From Candidatus Iainarchaeum sp. (GTDB lineage Archaea > Iainarchaeota > Iainarchaeia > Iainarchaeales > JACQJH01), in the NCBI GenBank assembly GCA_016205145.1, contig JACQJH010000002.1, positions 270,001 to 302,000 on the forward strand: a DNA stretch of 32,000 bases. Direction: 5' to 3'. Position numbers and translations under genes: made by a program. Below the pieces are notes generated by a model, which was not told the origin of the DNA, searched no databases, and worked only from the letters and a program-made list of their open reading frames with translations. Of this stretch, positions 8,333 through 14,617 are shown one piece after another (positions within the stretch are counted from its first letter, which is position 1; each line of letters starts with the position of its first letter).

Positions 8333-10411
8333 CTAACCGGCCTTTTCGATCGACATGTCGTCGACAAGAATCGTGCCCCGCCCTGAAAGGTTTGAAGACG
8401 TGATCACTGACGGCCTGACGCCCGCGATTTCCCCGCCCGTCCTGAAAACAAGGCGCCTTTCAAACCACCCGCCTCTTGGCGCGGAACCGTCAACAAACTG
8501 GTCCAAACCCGAAAAGGTTATGCCGAGGCATTCCGGCGGCTTTCCCGCGCATTCCTTGCGGCCGAAAAAAAACGCGGAAAGCCGGAACGTTCCTGAAAAA
8601 TCGCCGTTTTCTGGTACGAAAAAAAATGCGGAAAGCACATAATCCGAATCCGGTTCCAGGCTCACGGCATAAGCGTTGAAAGTCGAAAGGCCCGCCCAGC
8701 TTTTAGTCGGGCCTTCAACGCGCAGGCCCATCGAACGCTTTCCGGAGCGCGCGTTTTCGGACAAAAATATTTCCGAGTTGTTGAACGAGTCCCAGCCCTT
8801 GAAGCCGTCTTCAAAGCCAGGATTCACAAGCCCGCCCTTCAACTCATGCGAAATGCCGGATTCAAGCGCCTGCTGCGCCTCCAAAAGAAACGGCGCAAGG
8901 GAAAAGGCGGCGAAAACAACCGAAAAAGCCGAGGCCAGTGCAAGCAGATGTTTCCATGAAACCTGCTTTTCGGGGGAACCGCCGCCTGAAGCGCCAATCG
9001 ACATTCCCGCAAAAAGCCAGAACACAAAGGCGTTCCTAGCCGAAAACAAGGCGAATTCGAAAAAGCCGCCCGCAAAAAAAATCAGGGCGGAAAGGAAAAG
9101 CGCGGCGCAGGCGCCGGAACTTTCACGCCGCGACAAAAGCCGTTTGGCAAGCAGGAAAACAAGCGCGGCCTGGAAAAAAAGGAAAAACAATCCTGCGGGA
9201 ACCCCGCGCTCCAGCGCAAAATGCAGGAAAGAATTGTGCGCATTCTTCGGCCCCCCGAAGTCTTTTCCGGCCAGGCCGAAATAGGCCATTTCAAACGAGC
9301 CGAAGCCGTTGCCGAAAAAAGGCTCTTGAAGCGCGGCTCGGGCGCTGACCGAAAAAACCTGCGCACGGATTTCCGGACTGCGGTCCACAACCGAAAGCCT
9401 GTTGAAAAAGGAATACTCCGAAGGCGTGGCTTCCCCGGAATTGCCGAAAACCGTGCCGTACAATATTGCGACGGAAAACATCAGCAGGAGGCATGCGGCG
9501 GCCGACAAGCCCAAAGCCAGCGTGCGGCCCCGCGCCTGACGGGCCGTTGATGGCCAGTTATGCAGTTTCAAAAGCATTGCCGCCAGCACGCCAAGCAGGG
9601 CAAGAATCCAGGCGCCGCGCGAGTACGTGTAAAGCAGTGCAAGCAGCAGCGGCAGGCACGAAAAAAGGAAAAGCATTCTTTTCCAGCCATGCGAAAACAG
9701 TGCAAAAGAAAACGCGGAGGAAAAAAAAACCGCGAAGAACAGCCCCGCGGCATTCTCATAAAAAAACGGGAATTCAAGCCGGTAAAAGGAAGCCGGGCCC
9801 TGGAACCCCAAAAAAAGGCCCGCGCCGGGCGCCGAATGGAAATTGAAAAGGATTATTCCGGAAACCGCGAGAAAAACCGCCGCGGCAAGCATTGCAATGA
9901 AAGATTTCCGGGGCGAAACCGCGAACGTGAAAAACCCGCGTCCGATAAGGTAAAGCAAAATGAACTCGAACGAGAGGACCGCCAGCCTCAAGGGATAGGG
10001 TTCAAAGGCGTTTCCCGCAAAAACGCCGGCAACAAATGCCGCGCCTGAAAACAAAAAAAAGCCGCCCGCAAAAAAATCGGCAATGCCCGCCTTGAAGGCA
10101 AAGCCCTTTTCCGAAAAAAAGGCGCGCGACAGCGCGGAGGCCGCAAAGCCAAGCAGGGCGAACTCCGCCAAAAGGATGTTTTCGGCGGAAAATCCGTTCT
10201 GCAAAAAAGGCGACAGCGCGGCAAAAACCGCAAGGGCATAAAACGCCGGAACGGGCCGCAAAAGCGCGGCCGCGAAAAACACCGCAAACACCAGCAATGG
10301 AACCGCAAAATCCCCGGAAACCCATAACAGCGCCGCCGCGGAAACAAGCGAACAGAAAAACAGGACCGTGAAAAAAATCCTGAAAACCGTGGCACGCCCA
10401 GAAAGTTCCAT
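8333..10411 (-). CDS. Wzy_C/O-antigen-ligase-like membrane domain fused to a C-terminal CBM4_9-like carbohydrate-binding module
   Basis: Track ORF 8333..10414 (GTG); the ATG is the next codon at 10411. The N-terminal ~520 aa are polytopic, with the motif GPKNAHNSFLHFALERGVPAGLFF. The C-terminal ~165 aa read LVNPGFEDGFKGWDSF...SGKRSMGLRV...LEPDSDYVLSAFFFVPENG...GGWFERRLVFRTG...ILVDDMSIE, a CenC/CBM_4_9-like pattern. Confidence 0.8.
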   Translation of the reverse strand: MELSGRATVFRIFFTVLFFCSLVSAAALLWVSGDFAVPLLVFAVFFAAALLRPVPAFYALAVFAALSPFLQNGFSAENILLAEFALLGFAASALSRAFFSEKGFAFKAGIADFFAGGFFLFSGAAFVAGVFAGNAFEPYPLRLAVLSFEFILLYLIGRGFFTFAVSPRKSFIAMLAAAVFLAVSGIILFNFHSAPGAGLFLGFQGPASFYRLEFPFFYENAAGLFFAVFFSSAFSFALFSHGWKRMLFLFSCLPLLLALLYTYSRGAWILALLGVLAAMLLKLHNWPSTARQARGRTLALGLSAAACLLLMFSVAILYGTVFGNSGEATPSEYSFFNRLSVVDRSPEIRAQVFSVSARAALQEPFFGNGFGSFEMAYFGLAGKDFGGPKNAHNSFLHFALERGVPAGLFFLFFQAALVFLLAKRLLSRRESSGACAALFLSALIFFAGGFFEFALFSARNAFVFWLFAGMSIGASGGGSPEKQVSWKHLLALASAFSVVFAAFSLAPFLLEAQQALESGISHELKGGLVNPGFEDGFKGWDSFNNSEIFLSENARSGKRSMGLRVEGPTKSWAGLSTFNAYAVSLEPDSDYVLSAFFFVPENGDFSGTFRLSAFFFGRKECAGKPPECLGITFSGLDQFVDGSAPRGGWFERRLVFRTGGEIAGVRPSVITSSNLSGRGTILVDDMSIEKAG

Positions 10412-10432
10412 CACATTAAATCAGGCGAAATC

Positions 10433-10444
10433 GGTATATATACC
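10433..10444 (-). promoter_or_regulatory. Palindromic TATA box (GGTATATATACC) for the 8333..10411 gene
   Basis: Perfect 12-nt palindrome. Its centre is ~27 nt upstream of the ATG at 10411 on the minus strand, a spacing typical of archaeal leaderless transcripts. Confidence 0.5.
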
Positions 10445-10463
10445 TTTTTCCGCGTCCGGGGGC

Positions 10464-10519
10464 GTGTAAGTATTCTGGTTTCTGTGTAAGAAATAGCCCC
10501 TAACAAGGTTTACTTACAC
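10464..10519. promoter_or_regulatory. Three copies of heptamer GTGTAAG (two direct, one inverted); candidate transcription-factor site
   Basis: GTGTAAG occurs at 10464-10470 and 10484-10490, and its complement CTTACAC at 10513-10519. The outer copies extend to a 9-bp inverted repeat, GTGTAAGTA / TACTTACAC. The element lies between the stop of the 10574..11779 gene and the TATA box of the next gene. Confidence 0.4.
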
Positions 10520-10573
10520 AAAGCTTCCGCGGCCTGCCGGCCCGATGCGGAATGCCCGCAGGCGGCGGGAAAG

Positions 10574-11779
10574 TCAGGCCTTTTTCAAGCCGAGCCCGTC
10601 GACAAAAAATTCCCCGGACGAATCCGGTTCCACCGACGAAAAGAATGGGACAAAATTCGTGGCATCGGCATCCGTTGTGAACACGGCGGATTTTTCAAGC
10701 CATGCGCCCCTCTGGCTGTTGGCGTCAACGGACAAATCGGATTTGACAAGCGAATGCCTGTGGCACCCCTTGTCCCCGCCACAGCCATCCGGGCCCAGCA
10801 CGTGGAATGCCAGCTTGAAGTTTCCGGAAATATCCGCGCCTTCCGGGATGAATACCCTGCCTGAAAAAACATAGTTCGTGTCAGGCTCAACCGAAACCCT
10901 TGCAACGTTTGACATTGTAAGGCCGGAGTACAGCGGGTCGGCTCCGGTGACAACCACTTTCATTGAGTGCCTGCCCGAAAAAGCAGGGTTTTCCGCAACC
11001 AGAATCTTTCCGCCGCCGTTCACGGTCCAGGGAATTATGCCGTCCTCAAAATCCCGGTTCGGAATGTCAAAAAGCGTTTTTCCCGCAACACCAGCGAATT
11101 GCCTTGTCTCATCCCCAAGCAATTCAAGGTCCAGGCTGTCAACAAAAACGGGCCCAAACTGCCCTTTGCCCGGAGAAGTGACAAACGGAAAAACATGTTT
11201 TGCCTTAGAGCCTGTGCGGAACGTGACAAACCGTTCAACCCATTCGCCGCGGACGCCGCCGTCAACAGACGGGGCTGAATCAACCACTTCCGCATAGCAG
11301 GCCTGGCCTTCGCAGCCGTCCTCTCCCCTAACCTGAACTCCCATCCTCAAGCTGCCGCCGGTTTCCGCGCCATCCGGCACAAAAAAATGCGCCGAAAAAC
11401 GGTAAACCGTGTCCGGCTCCACGGCAAGCCGCACGCCGTAGCCGAAAACCGCGCCGGAATAAGCCTTTGAACCCGGCTTGACCAGGACCTTGAGCGAATT
11501 TTTTCCCGAAAACGCGCGCTCCGATGACAGGGAAACCGCCGCATCCATTTGCGCAACCCATGGAACCGCGCCAAGCTCAAAATCCGGGTTGGGCAATTCA
11601 AGGACGTCCATGCCGGAAATCCTTGCCGAAAGGGCGCGCTCGGCACGCAAGCCTTCGGTCTGCACGAAAAAGGCGGCAAGCCAGCCGATTGCGATTCCCA
11701 GAACCATCACGGTTCCGAAAACCGCCGCTGCCGGCCACAAGCCCTTTGCAGTCGAATCCTCCGCCATCATGAATGCCAT
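10574..11779 (-). CDS. Membrane-anchored protein with two tandem CBM4_9-like carbohydrate-binding modules
   Basis: ATG at 11779, ~25 nt downstream of a TATA-like AATAATTTAATTA on the minus strand. There is one N-terminal TM segment (GLWPAAAVFGTVMVLGIAIGWLAAFFV). Two ~165-aa repeats follow: LPNPDFELGAVPW...SGKNSLKVLV...VEPDTVYRFSAHFFVPDG...GEWVERFVTFRTG and IPNRDFEDGIIPW...SGRHSMKVVV...VEPDTNYVFSGRVFIPEG...GAWLEKSAVFTT. Both are paralogous to the C-terminal module of the neighbouring gene. Confidence 0.8.
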   Translation of the reverse strand: MAFMMAEDSTAKGLWPAAAVFGTVMVLGIAIGWLAAFFVQTEGLRAERALSARISGMDVLELPNPDFELGAVPWVAQMDAAVSLSSERAFSGKNSLKVLVKPGSKAYSGAVFGYGVRLAVEPDTVYRFSAHFFVPDGAETGGSLRMGVQVRGEDGCEGQACYAEVVDSAPSVDGGVRGEWVERFVTFRTGSKAKHVFPFVTSPGKGQFGPVFVDSLDLELLGDETRQFAGVAGKTLFDIPNRDFEDGIIPWTVNGGGKILVAENPAFSGRHSMKVVVTGADPLYSGLTMSNVARVSVEPDTNYVFSGRVFIPEGADISGNFKLAFHVLGPDGCGGDKGCHRHSLVKSDLSVDANSQRGAWLEKSAVFTTDADATNFVPFFSSVEPDSSGEFFVDGLGLKKA

Positions 11780-11804
11780 AACTATTTACAACCCGCTAAT
11801 TAAA

Positions 11805-11925
11805 TTATTTGCCTAGAGGGAAAGCGGCGGCATCCGCGCGCAAAATCCCGAAAACCTTTGCCACAACAGCCGACCGCACGCTTTTGAACAAAAACGATTC
11901 AAGCTGGGAGCGGTTGCAATGTCCA
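11805..11925 (-). pseudogene. Orphan 3'-end fragment of a kinase gene (paralogous to the 3' end of 12815..13387)
   Basis: Minus-strand reading gives ...RNGHCNRSQLESFLFKSVRSAVVAKVFGILRADAAAFPLGK* (stop at 11805-11807). The intact kinase ends ...RKPHNRSQLESFLFKSSKSAVVKRISETIC*. There is no start codon, and an in-frame stop sits just upstream (complement of TCA at 11951-11953). Confidence 0.65.
11862..11921 (+). repeat. Left copy of an imperfect ~60-bp direct repeat
   Basis: The core GCTTTTGAACAAAAACGATTC (21 nt) is identical to the copy at 12860-12880. The flanks are similar: CCACAACAGCCGA vs TCACAACCGCCGA, and AAGCTGGGAGCGGTTG vs CAGTTGCGAGCGGTTG. Confidence 0.8.
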
Positions 11926-12059
11926 TTGCGCTCGCGTTGTTCCTGGCGGGTTCAAAGGCGCTTGGAAAAAAAATCGTCATCACCCTGCACAACGTCGAAC
12001 CCCGCTCCGGGTTTTTTTCACGCACGGAGAAAGCGAGTCACCGCGGAATAAAATATTAA
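11919..12059 (+). pseudogene. Internal glycosyltransferase fragment (46 codons)
   Basis: Translates to MSIALALFLAGSKALGKKIVITLHNVEPRSGFFSRTEKASHRGIKY*. This aligns with an internal segment of the 3501..4733 product (MASAFLCFLALAKFLGKKIVITIHNVEPHRTLFPRLEKEV). It is too short to be a functional GT-B enzyme and falls below the ORF-track cutoff. Confidence 0.6.
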
Positions 12060-12081
12060 GGTTACCACGCAAAATAAAATT

Positions 12082-12825
12082 ATGAAAAAAGCCCCAACTA
12101 TCGGCAAATTATTTTCCAGCATAGATTTGCGCGTGCACGGTGTTTTCGAATCCCTCAGCAACGAGATTGTTAAACCGTCCGTGCTGGCAGTTTTAGGCCT
12201 CAAAAGGCACGAACGATGGCAGTTGAAGCCGGAAAAATATTTGGCAGACGATTACCTGTCGGAAATACCGTCAAATTCGGTTACCAGAACCGCATTGTAT
12301 GCCGCAATAAACAGGACAGCCGGCAGAAAAGTTCTTGATATTGGCTGCGGCCCGGGCATATTTTTTGACGGATTCAGAAAAAATTGCAAAACAAAAACCT
12401 ACATCGGGATAGACATTACCCCTAAGATGGTCAAAATAGCAAAAAAAAGGTTTCCTGAAGCGGATTTCAGGAAAGGCGATATAACAAAACTAGATTTCAA
12501 GGACGCGGAATATTCAATCTGCATCATAAGCCATGTATTAGAGCACCTGGCACCGGAAACCTGCAAAAAAGCGATAAGGGAATCGGTCAGAGTGGCAAAA
12601 AGAAAGGTGATAATCGAGTTCTTCATCCCGCCAAGAGAGAAGGAAACCACAAGGCAGTTAGACTACTTTTACTACAACCAATACGATGGCAAAGAACTCA
12701 AAAAATTCATCAGAAGCCTCAATTGCAAAATCAAAATCACCAAAATAATCGACAAGGAACAACCAATAATAAAAAACAGGCACTACGAAATCTGGGAAAT
12801 AGAAAAAAAAATAGTCAGCAAATAG
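12082..12825 (+). CDS. Class I SAM-dependent methyltransferase
   Basis: Motif I is VLDIGCGPGIFF. Post-I/II region: YIGIDITPKMVKIAKKRFPEADFRKGDITKLDF. Motif III-like: YSICIISHVLEHL. The gene is visibly AT-rich (17 G+C in the 60 nt at 12721-12780). A TATA-like AATAAAATATTA lies ~30 nt upstream of the ATG. Confidence 0.85.
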   Translation: MKKAPTIGKLFSSIDLRVHGVFESLSNEIVKPSVLAVLGLKRHERWQLKPEKYLADDYLSEIPSNSVTRTALYAAINRTAGRKVLDIGCGPGIFFDGFRKNCKTKTYIGIDITPKMVKIAKKRFPEADFRKGDITKLDFKDAEYSICIISHVLEHLAPETCKKAIRESVRVAKRKVIIEFFIPPREKETTRQLDYFYYNQYDGKELKKFIRSLNCKIKITKIIDKEQPIIKNRHYEIWEIEKKIVSK

Positions 12826-13387
12826 TTTCAGAAATCCTTTTCACAACCGCCGATTTACTGCTTTTGAACAAAAACGATTCCAGTTGCGAGCGGTTGTGCG
12901 GTTTCCTTGCAATGGAAGCCTTCTCAAAATCAATTATTACCGGCCCGCCTTTCCTGACAAGAATGTTCCTGCCCTTGCCCGCAAGCTGGCCGTGGTCCAA
13001 TCCGGCCGAGTCGAGCCTGTCCGCCTGCCCAAGCAAATCATTTATGAAAGCCCGGAGCTGCCTTTTTCCGGGATTGCCATCCAAAAGCCAGTCCGTGAAG
13101 CGTTCGCCTTCGACAAACTCCATGAGAACGCACCGGTTTTCTGAATCCTGGGCAAAAAGTTTGGGCCCTACGCAAACGGAATTCGCAAGCGCGAGATTGG
13201 CAGCTTCCCTTTCCGCCATTGCCTGCCTCGGCGAATCGTCGCGCTCGATTTTCAGGCAAAAGCTTTTCCTTGCCTTCCGCACCAAAAAAATTTTCGAGGA
13301 AAAGCCCTTTGACAGCTGCCTGTCAAGTTTCAGGCGGTTGGCCGAGAGAAACGCTTCCAGCCTGCTTTCAAGGGGCGCTCCAGGCAT
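12815..13387 (-). CDS. Small RIO/Bud32-like protein kinase-fold protein (COG2112-like)
   Basis: 190 aa. Features: Gly-rich/ATP region LSKGFSSKIFLV, Lys in FCLKIER, hinge LMEFVEG, catalytic-loop position LDHGQLAGKGRNILV, and metal-binding-like IIDFEKA. ATG at 13387, 7 nt downstream of the CaCA stop. The 3' end overlaps the convergent methyltransferase by 11 nt. Confidence 0.7.
   Translation of the reverse strand: MPGAPLESRLEAFLSANRLKLDRQLSKGFSSKIFLVRKARKSFCLKIERDDSPRQAMAEREAANLALANSVCVGPKLFAQDSENRCVLMEFVEGERFTDWLLDGNPGKRQLRAFINDLLGQADRLDSAGLDHGQLAGKGRNILVRKGGPVIIDFEKASIARKPHNRSQLESFLFKSSKSAVVKRISETIC
12842..12900 (+). repeat. Right copy of the imperfect ~60-bp direct repeat (inside the kinase 3' end)
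   Basis: See the left copy. This copy encodes residues NRSQLESFLFKSSKSAVV of the intact minus-strand kinase. Confidence 0.8.
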
Positions 13388-13393
13388 AATCTT

Positions 13394-14389
13394 TCACAGG
13401 CGCACAAGGAATTCCGCGGCAACGCTTGCAAGGTAAAGCAGCAGCAAAATCAGTCCTGCTTTCCTTGAAATCCTGCCGCGCAGGGAAAAAGCGAAAAAGG
13501 CGAGGCTCACAACCAAAATCGCGGGCGCAGTGACAAACGCGGTTTCGGAGTCAATCGAAACAGGCGCAATAAGCGATATGATTCCGAGAGTGACCAGCAA
13601 GGTGAAAATGTTCGAGCCGATTGTTTCGGATACCGCCAGATCGTCGTACTTTTTTCTCACGGCCTGGATTGCGGCTGCAAGGTTCGGCAGGCTCGGGCCG
13701 ATCGCGCCAAGAGTTACGCCCACCAAAAGCTTGGGCAGTGCAAACGCGACCGCTATCCCCGACAGGCCCGAAGTGAAAAGCTCGGCGCCTGCCAACAGCA
13801 ACAGGATGCCTGCGCAAAAAATTAATTTGGGGTCCTTTATGGAAGACGCGCCGTCAGCAAGGCGGCCGAAAAACATGAGGGTTTTCTCGATTTTTTCGGA
13901 TTCGCGCTCGCGCTGCTCCTTTGCCAAAGCCCTTTCCTGCTCGACAACATTGATGATGTACGGCACGAACAACAGCAGGAAAACAATGCCGTTGCGCCGG
14001 GTTATGCCGAAATCGTCAAGCACAATCAATGAAACCACGATGGTTGCCACAACCATGAAGACCACGTCGCGCGAAATGATGTGCCTTGGAAAGACTATCG
14101 GGCGCAGCATCGCGGAAATCCCTATAACAAGGCCGAGGTTGACGACAATCGAACCGAGCACCACGCCTACTCCGATGCCGTTCTCGCCTTTGACAATCGC
14201 AAGAATCGCGACCAGAAGCTCGGGCAGGCTCAAAACAGCTGAAACCAAAAGTATTCCGACAGCAGTGTTAGTGGTGTGAAAGCGCTTTGCAAGAAAGGTT
14301 GCCGCCTCCGAAACCCAGTCCGAGCCCACCACAAGCAGGAAAGCGCCGAGCAAAAGCAAAAAAATTTCAAAAATCACGCCAAAAACCAA
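13394..14389 (-). CDS. Ca2+/cation antiporter (CaCA family, YrbG-like sodium/calcium exchanger membrane protein)
   Basis: Two alpha-repeat regions are present: GILLVSAVLSLPELLVAILA...GSIVVNLGLVIG and GVTLGAIGPSLPNLAAAIQA...GSNIFTLLVTLG. There are ~10 TM segments and a charged central loop (EQERALAKEQRERESEKIEK). Start is TTG at 14389 or GTG at 14377. Confidence 0.85.
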   Translation of the reverse strand: MVFGVIFEIFLLLLGAFLLVVGSDWVSEAATFLAKRFHTTNTAVGILLVSAVLSLPELLVAILAIVKGENGIGVGVVLGSIVVNLGLVIGISAMLRPIVFPRHIISRDVVFMVVATIVVSLIVLDDFGITRRNGIVFLLLFVPYIINVVEQERALAKEQRERESEKIEKTLMFFGRLADGASSIKDPKLIFCAGILLLLAGAELFTSGLSGIAVAFALPKLLVGVTLGAIGPSLPNLAAAIQAVRKKYDDLAVSETIGSNIFTLLVTLGIISLIAPVSIDSETAFVTAPAILVVSLAFFAFSLRGRISRKAGLILLLLYLASVAAEFLVRL

Positions 14390-14541
14390 TAAGCTAACGC
14401 AGGCAAACTATAAAAAAATAAGCTGAAAAACCCAAAACAGAATAAAAAACTTACAACAAAAAACAAATGCCTCGGTTCGCCCATCTATCTTCATTCCCTG
14501 AAGGGGTCGGTGTCATCGTCAGTTCTTCATCGGCAAAAAAT

Positions 14542-14566
14542 ATTGTCCGACAATAGCTTATAAAAC
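14542..14566 (+). promoter_or_regulatory. Palindrome ATTGTC-C-GACAAT abutting a TATA-like box (CTTATAAAAC) upstream of the MetE-like operon
   Basis: The 13-nt palindrome is at 14542-14554, immediately 5' of CTTATAAAAC (14557-14566). The ATG at 14618 is ~55 nt downstream, so a short 5' UTR is implied. Spacing is less canonical than at other promoters in the window. Confidence 0.35.
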
Positions 14567-14617
14567 ATTTCACCGGCAACAAATAATCTGCTTTTTTGGA
14601 AAATCCGGTGTTCTGGC

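Noticed and set aside
11809-12051. Track ORF of 80 aa (plus strand) across the kinase-fragment/GT-fragment junction
   Set aside because: Its frame matches neither of the two recognisable homologies. The similarity to real proteins is in the minus frame for the kinase tail and in a different plus frame (11919..12059) for the GT fragment.
14390-14617. Possible riboswitch or leader upstream of the MetE-like operon
   Set aside because: I could not recognise SAM, cobalamin or other riboswitch cores. The region is mostly AT-rich promoter-like sequence shared with the divergent CaCA gene. Track ORF 14451..14636 (-) is low-complexity.
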